The notes beneath the pieces are model-generated. The model was not told the origin of the DNA. It made no database searches and was given only the letters and a program-made list of their open reading frames with translations. Of a DNA stretch of 64,000 bases, positions 24,657 to 37,078 are shown piece after piece. Source of the stretch: Squalus acanthias (Eukaryota); the NCBI GenBank assembly GCA_030390025.1, contig JASTWF010000366.1, forward strand, positions 186,001 through 250,000. Direction: 5' to 3'. The first letter of the stretch is position 1. Each line of letters opens with the position of its first letter. Position numbers and translations under genes: made by a program.

Positions 24657-26000
24657 AGTCCATTATAAAAGATGTAATAGCAGAGCACTTGGAAAACAGT
24701 GACTGGATCGGACAAAGTCAACATGGATTTACAAAAGGTAAATCATGCTCGACTAATCTCCTGGAATTTTTTGAGGATGTAACTGGTAGAATAGATAAGG
24801 GAGAACCAGTGGATGTGGTGTATTTGGACTTTCAGAAGGCTTTCAATAAGGTCCCGCATAAGAGATTAGCGTGCAAAGTTAAAGCACATGGGATTGGGAG
24901 TAAGGTACTGACTTGGATAGAAAACTGGTTGGCAGACAGGAAGCAAAGAGTTGGAATAAACGGGTCTTTTTCCGAGTGGCAGGCAGTGACTAGTGGGGTA
25001 CCGCAGGGATCGGTGCTAGGACCCCAGTTATTCACAATATATATTAATGATCTAGACGAGGGAACTAGATGTAATATCTCCAAGTTTGCAGACGACACAA
25101 AGCTGGGTGGGCGTGTGTGCTGTGAGGATGCAGCAGAGAAACTCCAGTAAGATTTGGACAAGTTGGGTGATTGGGCAGATGCAGTATAATGTGGATAAAT
25201 GTGAGGTTGTCCACTTTGGTGGCAAAAACAGGAAGGCAGATTATTATCTGAACGGCAATAGATTGGGAAAAGGGGAAGTGCATCGAGACCTGGGTGTCCT
25301 TGTGCACCAGTCGCTGAAGGTAAGCATGCAGGTGCAGCAGGCGGTTAAGAAGGCAAATGGTATGTTGGCCTTCATAGCGAGAGGATTCGAGTACAGGAGC
25401 AAGGAGGTCTTGCTGCAGTTGTACAGGGCTTTGGTGAGACCACACCTTGAGTATTGTGTGCAGTTTTGGTCGCCTTATCTGAGGAAGGATATTCTTGCCA
25501 TGGAGGGAGTGCAGCGAAGATTCACCAGACTGATACCTGGGATGGCAGGAATGACGTATGAAGAGAGATTGGGTCAATTGGGCTTGTATTCGCTAGAATT
25601 TGGAAGAATGAGAGGGGATCTCATTGAAACTTATAAAATTCTAACAGGACTAGACAGACTAGATGCAGGAAGGATGTTCCCGATGGCGGGGGAGTCCAGA
25701 ACCAGGGGTCACAGTCTAAGAATAAGGGGTAAGCCATTTAGGACTGAGATGAGGAGGAATTTCTTCACCCAGAGTGGTGAACCTGTGGAATTCTCTACCA
25801 CAGAAGACAGTTGAGTCCAATTCATTAAATATATTCAAGAAGGAGTTAGATATATTTCTTAAGGCTAAGGGGATCAAGGGATATGGGGAGAAAGCAGGGA
25901 CAGGGTACTGAATTTAGATGATCAGCCATGATCGCATTGAATGGCGGAGCAGGCTCGAGGGGCCAAATGGCCTACTCCTGCTCCTATCTTCTATGTTTCT
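24657..26000 (+). mobile_element. 5'-truncated CR1 LINE inserted into a minus-strand DeuSINE (24455-26215)
   Basis: RT ORFs 24689 and 25086, TTCTATGT tail. The SINE halves on either side join up. Very similar to the copy at 47.7-49.2 kb. Confidence 0.92.
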
Positions 26001-26814
26001 AGAACTCCTCTGCTCTTTTTTGAATAGTTCTATGGATCTTTTTACATCCACTCAAACAGGCAGACAAGGCCTCCATTTAACGATTCATCCAAAAAGGAAC
26101 ACCTCCAGCAACATTGCACAACATTATAGAACTGAAATATCAGGCTAGATGTGCTCAAGTCCTGAAGCAGGGCTTAAGCCCATAAGCCCAGAGGTGAGAG
26201 CACTACCACTGAGTCGACACAATATGGTGTGAGATCTGAAGCAATAATTTCTCTTCATTCACCCACATGGTCTCAGCTACTGCTGCCTTTATTTTTTTCC
26301 CCACCCACTTTTCTCCTCTCCCCTCGGTGCTGGGTTATGCTGGGATCCGGTTTCATTCGTGCCAGTCGCTCTCCAGTTGCGCATCCAAGTGGCCATTCTT
26401 CACCTGGGAGACAAGACTGAGAGAGCTGATAGCTTATTCAATCATAGGGACATCACAGCCAAGCTCAATCCTATCCTCCCCTGACATCCGCATACATAAT
26501 TTCCAACAGCAGTCACTGGAACAAGATCAGGAAGAGGAACCCTGGCCAACCTTTCCCTAGCCTAGGGGTGTGGAGGCTAACTGCTACCCAACTGCTGCCT
26601 CAGCTGAGAATACCAAATTTAGCACAGACCAGGGATCAAACCTGGTGTCGTCCTGTGTGCATGGCTCAGGCAGTGCATATTTATCTTCTGAGTCATTGTT
26701 GGAGTTGGTTTGTAGTTTTTAACATGCACACTTGCTTTGAAATTTAACAGCCTTTTGTTAACCCGATGTGTACCCTTACTCTCTTCACTCTAAACATGTA
26801 CAAACAGCACCTAC

Positions 26815-26890
26815 TGTACTTCACATTGTGCCACGCGGTCATAAACTTCGCCTTCAGTTTATCCACTTCATCAGGTTCGCTATCTTCCAT
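26815..26890 (-). CDS. ATG4C: ATG4C-like cysteine protease, first coding exon (MEDSEPDEVDKLKAKFMTAWHNVKY+1 nt)
   Basis: ATG at 26890 in strong context (aaaATGG). The peptide matches the ATG4C N-terminus pattern DEVDKLK.KF..AW.N.KY. Phase-1 donor A|gtaggt at 26814. Probable acceptor tttcatctctcag| puts the exon start at about 26998. Confidence 0.88.
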
Positions 26891-27639
26891 TTTCAGCCTT
26901 TAGCAGATGTTGCCATCCCAGCTTCCCTTGCTTTGATGCAGGAACACTTGGCTCTATTGCAGAATGGGGCAGACTTCCAATACAAGGCAGAGAACTCACT
27001 GAGAGATGAAACAGTGAAGTATTAGATTTGTAATGTTTAAACTGATAAAGACTCTCCTTCAATTCAAAAAGCAAGTATCGCTCTAATTGATCAATGAATA
27101 AATACGCTGTCCAGTGTGAAACTGGGCTGCTAAGACCAGAAAGTCAACCCTCTACTCACCTTCCCCCACACCCCAATTGGACAAGCCATTTTGCTTAAAT
27201 ATTTCCAACTCAAAACATCGTACCCTTGTGACAAAAACTATTACAGAAATAAAGCCACCCAAGTGTCAGAAGTGGCTTTGTTACTGTAATATTAACTGTA
27301 CAAAATTAAGTGGACACTTCAAAAACAAAGTTTTAGATAAGAGAAAAACTATTTTCAACACTTTACTTTGCTCAGTCTTTTCTTTCCCCATTCCCTCTGT
27401 TATTTTATCTTAACATTTACTTTATTTCTAACATTTTAACTATTTTGTAATATTTAAAACTGTAATTTTAAAAACATACCTGTTTTACTCAGTCACTCGG
27501 ACATTTTTTTTAGTGGAAACAACACTCAGAAATGTTTATTTTATTTATTCCCAGGATGTAGGCTTTGCTGGCAAGTCTGGCATTTATTGTCCATCCTTGG
27601 GGCCTCTAATTGGCTGAAAAATGGCTCCAAAGGCGGTTT

Positions 27640-29010
27640 TCATAGAATCATAGAGTGGTTACGGCACAGAAGGAGGCCATTCAGCCCGTGCCAACTCTCA
27701 GGTAGTCCCACTTCCCTGCCCTATCCCTGTAGCCATGCAAATTTTTTTCTTTCAGATATCCAACTCCGTTTTGAAAGATAAGATTGCGTCTGCCTCCACC
27801 CTTTCAGGCAGTGCATTCCAGATCCTAACCACTCGCTGCATAAAAAAGTTTTTTCTTACGTCGCCTTTGGTTCTTTTGCCAATCACCTTAAATATGTGTC
27901 CTCTGGTTCTCGATCCCTCTGCCAGTGGGAACAGTTTCTCTCTATCCACTCTGCCCAGACCTCTCGATTTTGAACACCTCTATCAAATCTCCTCTCAATC
28001 TTCTCTTCTCCAAGGAGAACAACCCCAGCTTCTCCAGTCTATCCACGTAACTGAAGTCCCTCATTCCTGGAATCATTCTCATAAATCTTTTCTGCACCCT
28101 CTCCAAGACCTTCACATCCTTCCTAAAGTGTGGTGCCCAGAATTGGACACAGTTCTCCAGTTGGGACCGAACCAGTATTTTATACAGGTTCATCATAATT
28201 TCCACACTTTTGTACTCTATACCTCTATTTATGAAGCCCAGGATCCCATAAGCCTTTTTAACTACTTTCTCAACCTGCCCTGCCACCTTCAACGATTTGT
28301 GCACATATACCCCCGGGTCTCTCTGTTCATGCACCCCCTTTAGGATTGTACCATTTAGTTTATATGTCCTCTCCTAATTCTTTCGACCAAAATGCATCAC
28401 TTCACACTTTCCTGCGTTAAATTTTTTTCTGCCACGTGTCCGCCCATTTCACCAGCCTGTTTATGTCTTCCTGAAGTCTATCACTCTCCTCCTCACTGTT
28501 CACTATACTTCCAAGTTTTGTGTCATCTGCAAATTTTGAAATTGTGCCCTGTACACCCACATCCAAGTCATTAATATATATCAAGAAAAGCAGTGGTCCT
28601 AGAACCGACCCCTGGGGAACACCACTATATACCTTTCTCTAGTCCGAAAAACAACTGTTCACCACTACTCTCTGTTTCCTGTCACTTAGCCAATTTTGTA
28701 TCCATGCTGTCACTGTCCTTTTTATTCCATGGGCTTCAACTTTGCTGGCGAGCCTATTATGTGGCACTTTGTCGAATGCCTTTTGGAAATCCATGTATAT
28801 TACGTCAACCACATTACCCTCATCAACCCTCTCTGTTACCTCATCAAAAAACTCAATCAAGTTGGTTAAACACAATTTGCCTTTAACAAATCAGTGCTGG
28901 CTTTCCTTAATTAATCCACACCTATCCAAGTGACTGTTAATTTTGTCCCTTATTACTGTTTCTAAAAGCTTCCCCACTACCGAGGCAAAACTGACTGGCC
29001 TGTAGTTTTT
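27640..29010 (-). mobile_element. 5'-truncated CR1 LINE
   Basis: RT and C-terminal fragments (ORFs 27752, 27942, 28639). Tail catagaatcataga. Confidence 0.88.
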
Positions 29011-29565
29011 TTGGCCAATCGAGGTCAGAAGTGCAAATATTGATGATTGCATTTACTTACAAGTGAAATACAAAAGTGCTACCACTGGACGAGCTATTTC
29101 ATCAGCAATGTCAGCACCCTGATCACACCAAGAAAAACCTCATTCACAGTGTAAACAGTCATTTCATTCTGAAATTAGCCCGGAACAGAAAAGTTACTAA
29201 ATGATGCCATATGGGCAAGAGCCACACATTGGATCTGTAGGGAGGAGCGTTAATTATAAAAATTATTTCAGCAGTTGGTTAAGTAATGAGTTGTAACGAA
29301 AGAGTTAAGTCTAGGAGTGCAGCTATATTTAGTTGGTGTGGATAAAATTCCAGCGCAAGGTTGAAGGAGGACACCAGACTTATATTTAGGGCTCTGTCTT
29401 GCTCTATAATTAGAGTCTTATCTACTCTTAAGAGTTAGTCCTGGCGCCCATTTATTTTCTCAGATCAATATTTAGACAAATGAGAGTAAAAGAAAATATG
29501 AAAATAATTATTTTTATTTTTTTTAGTTCTTCCCCTAATTTTCCAAACCCCCCACTTCTGATAGT

Positions 29566-30680
29566 GTCAGGCTTGGCTTAGTGGTACCATTCTTGCCTGA
29601 GTCAGAAGGTCACAAGTTCAAGCCCCAGTCCAGAGATTTGAATACATAATCTAGACTGGCACTTCAGTGCAGTACTTAGGGAGAGCTGCACTGTCAGAGG
29701 TGCTGTCTTTCAGATGAGACGTTAAACCAAGGCACCATTTGCCCTCTCAAGTGGCATAAAGGATCTCATTGGCAATATTGAAAGAAGAGCAGGGGGAGGT
29801 TCTCCCACTGTCTTGCACGGTTGCCGACATTATAACAGTGACTATGGCCCAAAAATTCGTGAGGGAGCCTTCGTGCGAGGGTAAGGCTTCCCCGCGATCT
29901 CTCACTGCGCACTGGCTTTTTCAGTCCCAGCTCGCACGAACTTGATGTTCTGGACAGCAGCTGGGCAGTGCTTCCGTATCCCACAGGCGCAGTTAATTCG
30001 TGCGAGCTGTGGGATCACGTGACTCAGTTAGAGCCAATGGCAGCACACCATCTTTCATTCATAGCTTTCACATAAGTGCTGTGAAAGCTATGAATACTAT
30101 ACCCCCCCAAAAGAACAGCTAAACCTCAATTAAATTTTTTTTTTAAACCATCACATTAATAAAATAAGTATAGTTAAATAAATTAACCATTTTAAACAAA
30201 AAATTAAATTTTTGAAAAAATTTAAAATCTTTTAAAAAGTTATAAAAATAAACTTACCTGTCTTTAAAGTCTCTAAAAAAGATATACCTGTTAAAAAAAA
30301 TTCAAAATAATACTTAATTAACTACTTACCTTGTTAAAAGAGGGTCTTACACCTCCTTTCTTTATGTGTAAAATCTTCCATATTTACCTGCGCGTTCAAA
30401 GCACTAAGTGCACTGCGTGCGCGCAGCCTGTAGCGCGCACGCGGTTCACTTAGGAACCGCCCCCTTTTGCATTCACCAAGTGCCGGTTTTCAGCGCATGC
30501 GCAGTGCATGCAGAAAACCGGCAATTGGAGACAGAATACGCGAGAGTACACAGTGCGTACTCTCGCGTAGCAACACAAATTTTTGGGCCTATATTTTTAA
30601 AAATGCATTTCATTGACTGTAAAGTGCTTTGGAACACCTTTAGGTTGTGAAAGGTGCTATATAAATGCAAGTTTTCTTTC
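29566..30680 (+). mobile_element. DeuSINE split by a MITE
   Basis: tRNA-like head, Deu core, and L2-type tail aaggtgctatataaatgcaagt. Confidence 0.78.
29846..30589. mobile_element. Harbinger-type MITE related to 6764-7535 (opposite orientation)
   Basis: TIRs GGCCCAAAAATT / AATTTTTGGGCC. 3-bp TSD TAT. Shares the GAGTAC..GTACTC and CCGGTTT..AAACCGG hairpins with the 6.8-kb copy. Confidence 0.85.
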
Positions 30681-31651
30681 TATTGCTTCTTGCTGAGGTA
30701 CAGTTCCATAGGTGCCTGCCATCAACTGGTATCTCACCCAAGTAACCATTCTTCATGAAGTGAGTGTCAGCATGGTATCTGACTCTGTGGCATCATAATC
30801 AAGCCCAATTATGTCTTCACTCAGCCTCTACACATGGGCACCTTCAATCAAGAGTGAGAACCCTAGATAATTTTTCCATCCCTTGCTCTGGGACACTGAG
30901 GCCAATTGCAGCACTCCAGCTACCATTCAGCCGAGATTAGTTAATACTAGTAACCACTGTTTGAACCGGAGTCTTCCTAGTCTCACCTGTCCCAATATCT
31001 CGTTACGTGGCTCGGTGTCAAATGTTGTCTGATAACGCTCTTGTAAAGCGTGTTGGGACGTCTTACTATTTTAAAGGTGCTACATAAATGCAAGTTGTTG
31101 TCTGTATGGCTCAGTAGCACACCACAAAGAAATATTCAGCTTAAATATTAATAGCACACTTTAGCCACTAACTTTTTGAAGAGTATGTTATCCTCTTGGT
31201 TCCAACACCATTGCATTTTCTGTCCCACTTGGGTCTTTCCAGGGCACATGGGTCTTTGTAGTTTATCTGTTCCCAAGTCTATGCCATTCTTGTGATGATC
31301 ACTACAAGGTGCTAGTCATTCCTAGCTCAGCAATAGCATAGGTTGATGTGAAGAAAAGCTCTCTCCCTCTATAGGTTCCAAAACTGGACTGTACTTCACC
31401 TCGAAGAACATGCCCAAATGCACATTTTCCATTTCCTACACCATTTCCTAAGAGAGCTTAGCTGTAGGTTGGTATGTAAAGGCTCAACAGGACCGGGACC
31501 AATATCCTCTTTGGGAGGGGCGGGGAGGTGGAGTTTGCTAGTGCTGTTGGGGAGGGTTTAAACTAGCTTGGCAGGAGGATTGGAACCCGAGAGTAGATTC
31601 AGAAGGGAGAGAAGCAAAGCTGGAAATGGAAGGCAGAAAATTAGTAAGCGA

Positions 31652-32701
31652 AAAGAAAATACTGCAGATGCTGGAAATCTGAAATAAAAACAGAAAATGC
31701 TGGAGATACTCAGCAGGTCAGGCAGCATCTGTGAAGAGAGAAACAGAGTTAACGTTTCAGGTCGATGACCTTTCATCAGAACTGGAAAAAAGCAGGAAAT
31801 GGAACAGATTTTTAAGCAAGTGTAGGAGCTGGGAAAGGGGGGAGGGGATGAAAGAACAAAAGGGAAGGTCTGTGATAGGATAGAAGGCAGGAGAGGTTAA
31901 GAGACATTAAGAGATATTCAAGGCAAAAGGAGATGGCAATGGGACAGGTTAAGAAACAAAAGATGGCTCTAGATGAAGTGTGAATTGCGCTGGCAAAATG
32001 AAAGACAGTTGCCATGTGGGAGAGAAGAAAGGAAAACACAAACAACAAAAAAAGTGTGGAAAAAAAATATACATGATAGGGGCTGAGGTTATGATCTGAA
32101 ATTGTTGAACTCTATGTTGAGTCCAGAAGGTTGTAAAGTGCCTAATCGAAAGAGGAGGTGCTGTTCCTCGAGCTTACGTTGAGCTTCAGTGGAACAATGC
32201 AAAAGGCCGAGGACGGTGAGGTCTGAGTGGGAGTGGAGCGGAGAATTAAAGTGACAGGCGACCGGAAGCTCGGGTCCCCCTTACAGACTGAACGGAGGTG
32301 TTCCGCAAAGCGGTCACCCAATCTGCGTTTGGTCTCCCCAATGTAGAGGAGACCGCATCGTGAGCAGCGAATACAGTATACTAAATTGCAAGAAGTACAA
32401 GTAAATCGCTGTTTAACCTGGAAGGGGTGTTTGGGGCCCTGGACAGTGGGAAGGGGGAGGTATAAGGGCGTGTGTTGCATCTCCTGCGCTTGCACGGGAT
32501 GGTGCCGGGTGAAGGGGAAGGGGTGATAGAGGAGTGGACCAGGGTGTCGCGGAGGGAGCGGTCCCTTCGGAATGCTGAAAGGGGAGGTGAGGGGAAGATG
32601 TGTTTGGTGGTGGGATCACGCTGGAGGTGGCGGAAATGGCAGAGGATGATCCGTTGAATGTGGAGGCTGGTGGGGTGAAAGGTGAGGACAAGGGGAACCC
32701 T
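31652..32701 (-). mobile_element. 5'-truncated Penelope-like retroelement with GIY-YIG endonuclease remnant and pLTR
   Basis: FTCTSCNLVYCIRCSRCGLLYIGETKRRLGDRFAEH (ORF 32142-32495). 13-bp TSD AATTAGTAAGCGA (31639-51 and 32702-14). Confidence 0.92.
31747..31783 (-). ncRNA. Minimal type I hammerhead ribozyme motif in the Penelope pLTR
   Basis: AGUU-CUGAUGA-A-AGGUC(AUC)GACCU-GAAA-CG-UU-AACU: intact core, stems I and II, palindromic minimal stem III. Confidence 0.75.
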
Positions 32702-35031
32702 AATTAGTAAGCGAGTTTGGAAGGCAGAGGAAACAAAGGCTAGAAAATAGACAAGGGAGTTTGGCAGTGCTAAATGGTATATACTTCACATAAGGAGTTT
32801 AGCGAATAAAGCAGATGAGCTGAGGGCACAGATAAACACATGGGAGTATGATATTATAGCTATTACTGAGACATAGCTGAAAGAAGGGCAGGAATGGCAG
32901 CTCAACATTCCTGGTTACAGGGTTTTCAGACGAGATAGAGAGGGGGTAAAAAAGGAGGGGGGGGGGGTCGCAATATTGATTAAGGAATCAATTACAGCTG
33001 TGAGGAGGGATGATATCTTAGAAGGATCATCCAATGACGCCATATGGGTTGAACTGAAAAACAAAAAAGGGGCAATCACACTACTATAGACCCCCAAACA
33101 GTCAGAGGGAGATAGAAGAAATATGTAGACAAATTTCTGAGACATGCAAAAATAGGGCAGTAATAGTAGGGGATTTCAACTTCCCTAATACTAACTGGGA
33201 TAAAATTAATGTGAAAGGTATAGAGGGAGCAGAATTCTTAAAATGCATTCAGGAGAATTTTTTTAGCCAGTACGTAAGCAAGCCCAACAAGAGAGGGGCA
33301 GTTCTGGACCTAGTTTTAGGGAATGAAGCTGGGCAGGTGGAAAAGGTATCAGTGGAGAGCATATTGGTGGTAGTGATCATAATTCATTTAGATTTAGGGT
33401 AGTTATGGAAAAGGACAAGGATAGACCAGGAATAAAAATTCTCAATTGGGGAAAAGCTAATTTTGCCAAAGTGGACTGGAGTCAGAAACTTGAAGGTAAA
33501 ACAGTGTCAGAGCAGTGGGAGGCATTCAAGGAGGAGATAGTGAGGGTTCAGAGCAAGTATGTTCCCTTAAAGAAAAAGGGTGGGACTAACAAATCTGGAG
33601 CTCCCTGGATATCATGGGGCATACAGGGAGGGGGAAAAAAAGGGAAGCTTATGACAGATACCGAGGGCTCAATACTGCAGAAAGCCTAGAGGAGTATAGA
33701 AAGTGCAAGGGTGAAATTAAAAAGGAAATTAGGAAAGCAAAGAGAGAGCATGAAAAAATATTGGCAAGTAAAATCAAGGAAAGCCCAAAGATGTTTTATA
33801 AATACATTAAGAGCAAGAGGATAACTAAAGTAAGAGTAGGGCCTATTAGGGACCATAAAGGTAACCTGTGTGTGGAGGCGGAAGACATGGGTATGGTTCT
33901 TAATGAAGACTTTGCGTCTGTTTTCACAAAAGAGAGGGACGATGCAAGAATTGCAATCAGGGAGGAGGGGTGTGAAATATTATATGAAATAAACATAGTG
34001 AAAGATGAAGTATTAAGGGGTTTAGCATCTTTGAAAGTGGATAAATCCCCAGGCCCGGATGAAATGTATCCCAGACTGTTAAGAGAAGCAAGAGAGGAAA
34101 TAGCAGATGCTCTGACCATCATTTTCCAATCCTCTCTGGCTACAGGTGTGGTGCTGGAGGACTGCTAACGTGGTACCATTGTTTAAAAAGGGAGAAAGGG
34201 ATAGACCGAGTAATTACAGGCCAGTCAGCCTAACCACGGCGGTGGGAAAATTATTGGAAAAAATTCTGAGGGACAGGAAAAATCTTCATTTAGAAAGACA
34301 CGGATTAATCAGGGACAGTTAGCATGGATTTGTTAAGGGAAGGTCGTGTCTGACTAACTTGATTGAATTTTTTGAGGAGGTAACAAGGAGGGTCGATGAG
34401 GGTAGTGTGTTTGATGTAGTCTATATGGATTTTAGCAAGACTTTTGATATGGTCCCACATGACAGACTGGTCATGAAAGTAAAAGCCCATGGGATCCAAG
34501 GCAAAGTGGCAAGTTGGATCCAAAATTGGCTCAGAGGCAGGAAACAAAGGGTAATGGTCGAAAGATGTTTTTGTGACTGGAAGGCTGTTTCCAGTGGGGT
34601 TCCACAGGGCTTAGTACTGGGTCCTTTGCTTTTTGTGGTTTATATCAATGATTTGGACTTGAATGTGGGAAGTATGATTAAGAAGTTTGCAGATGATACA
34701 AAAATTGGCCGTGTGGTTGATAATGAAGAAGAAAGCTGTAGATTTCAGGAAGAGAGCAATGGACTGGTCTGGTGGGCAGAACAGTGGCAAATGGAATTCA
34801 ATCCGGAGAAGTGTGAGGTAATGCATTTGGGGAGGACTAACAAGGCAAGGGAATACACAATAAATGGTAGGACACCGAAAAGGCAGAGTATCAGAGGGAC
34901 CTTGAGTGCATGTCCACAGATCCCTGAAGGTAGCAGGACAATTAGATAAGGTGATTAGGAAGGCATATGGGATACTTGCCTTTATTAGCCAAGGTATAGA
35001 ATGTAAGAGCAGGGAGGTTATGCTTGAACTG

Positions 35032-35477
35032 CATCGAAGCTTTGACCACGCTCGATCAGCTCCGATGGACGGGCCACATTGTCCGCATGCCCGTTACGAG
35101 ACTCCCGAAACAAGCGCTCTACTCGGAGCTCCGGCACGGCAAGAGAGCCCCAGGTGGGCAGAGGAAACGCTTCAAGGACACCCTCAAAGCCTCCTTGAAA
35201 AAGTGTAACATCCCCACCGACACCTGGGAATCCCTGGCCCAAGACCGCACAAAGTGGAGGAGAAGCATCCGGGAAGGTGCCGAACACCTCGAGTCTCTTC
35301 GCAAGGAGCGCACGTCAACCCAAGCACCCCACCCACCTGCCCCTTCAACCACCGTCTGCCCCACCTGTGACAGAGACTGTAGGTCCCGCATTGGACTCAT
35401 CAGTCACCTGCAAACTCATTTTTAATGTGGAAGCAAGTCATCCTCGGTTCCAAGGGACTGCCTAAGAAGAGAAGAAG
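35032..35477 (+). mobile_element. RTE-clade LINE 3' fragment
   Basis: LRWTGHIVRM...RLPKQALYSEL..GKR..GGQRKRFKDTLKASLK...WE.LAQDR..WR and a terminal CPTC..C...GL.SH motif. (AAG/AGA) tail. 34-bp TSD (34998-35031 and 35478-35511). Confidence 0.9.
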
Positions 35478-35624
35478 AGAATGTAAGAGCAGGGAGGTTA
35501 TGCTTGAACTGTACGAAACACTGGTTAGGCCGCAGCTAGAATATTGCGTGCAGCTCTGGTCACCACATTACAGGAAGGATGTGATTGCACTGGAGAGGGT
35601 GCAGAGGAGATTTACGAGGATGTT

Positions 35625-35720
35625 CGAAATAACAACAGAAAACCCTGGAAAAACTCAGCAGGCCAGGCAGCATCCATGGAGAGAGAAACAGAGTTAACGT
35701 TTCAGGTTGAAGTGCTATCG
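35625..35720 (-). mobile_element. 96-bp Penelope pLTR fragment
   Basis: Homologous to 31680-31765. 13-bp TSD TTACGAGGATGTT (35612-24 and 35721-33). Confidence 0.82.
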
Positions 35721-37078
35721 TTACGAGGATGTTGCCTGGGCTGGGGAATTTTAGCTATGAGGAAAGACTGGATAGGCTGGAGTCGTTTTCTTTGGAACAG
35801 AGGAGGCTGAGGGGAGACGTAATTGAGGTGTATAAAATTATGTGGGGCCTAGATAGAGTGGATAGGAAGGACCTATTTCCCTTAGCAGAAGGGTCAATAA
35901 CCAGGGGGCATAGATTTAAAGTAATTGGTAGGAGGTTTAGAGGGGATTTGAGGAGATTTTTTTTCACCCAGAGGATGGTGGGGGGTCTGGAACTCACTGC
36001 CTAAAAGGGTGGTAGAGGCAGAAACCCTCATCACATTTAAAAAGCACTTGGATATGCACTTGAAGTGCCGTAACCTACAAGGCTACGGGCCAAGTGCTGG
36101 AAAGTGGGATTAGGGTGGATAGCTCTTGGTCGGCCGGCACGGACAAGATGGACCGAATAGCCTCCTTCTGTGCTGTAAATTTCTATGATTCTATAGGACC
36201 TAGAGTGCTGAGTGGTACAATTTAAGCAGCTAAACCCACGCAGCTTACCAGCACAGATCACTAGTTAGTTAGTTTCTGTTAGATCATTGTCTTGCAGGGT
36301 TATCTGAAAACAAATGGAATGTGTATCAGGTCCCAGTTACAACTCTACCTTTACAGGTACTATTATTGAGCTGGACTGACTGATCAATTATCAACAATGC
36401 CCTGGAGTACTGCAGACCTATCTTGGATCTGGTACTATGTAATGAGACAGAATTAATAAATGATCTCATAGTAAAGGATCCTCTAGGAAAGAGTGATCAT
36501 AGCATGGTTGAATTTCAAATTCAGTTGGAGGGTAAGAAAATTGTATCCCAAACCAGTGTCCTGATCTTAAACAAAGGCAATTATAATGGCATGAGGGCAG
36601 AACTGGCTAAAGTGGACTGGAAAAACAAATTAAAGGGTAAGAAAGGTGAAATGCAGTGGCGGACATTTAAGGAGATATTTCATAACTCTCAACAAAAATA
36701 TATTCCAGTGAGAAAGAAAGATTTTAAGAGAAGGGAGCACCATCCGTGGCTAACTAAGGAAGTAAAGGATGGTATCAAATTGAAAATAAAGGCATACAAT
36801 GTTGCCAAGATTGGTGGGAGACCAGAGGATTGGGAAATTTTTAAAAACCAGCAAAAGATGACTAAAAAAATAATAAAGAGAGAGAAGATGAATTATGAGA
36901 GTAAGCTGGCAAGAAACATTAAAACAGGTAGTAAGAGCTTCTATAGTTATATAAAAAAGAAGAGGGTAGCTAAAGTAAACGTTGGTCCCTTAGAGGATGA
37001 GACTGGAGAATTAATAATGGGGAACGCGGAAATGATAGAGACTCTGAACAAATATTTTGCATCTGTTTTCACTTTAGA

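Larger units (their letters stand above)
31480..36195 (+). mobile_element. CR1 LINE (ORF1 end and decayed ORF2) hosting three later insertions
   Basis: ORF1 end GGT TTA AAC TAG at 31555-66. APE and RT fragments at 32.7-36.0 kb. (TTCTATGA)n tail. Confidence 0.9.
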
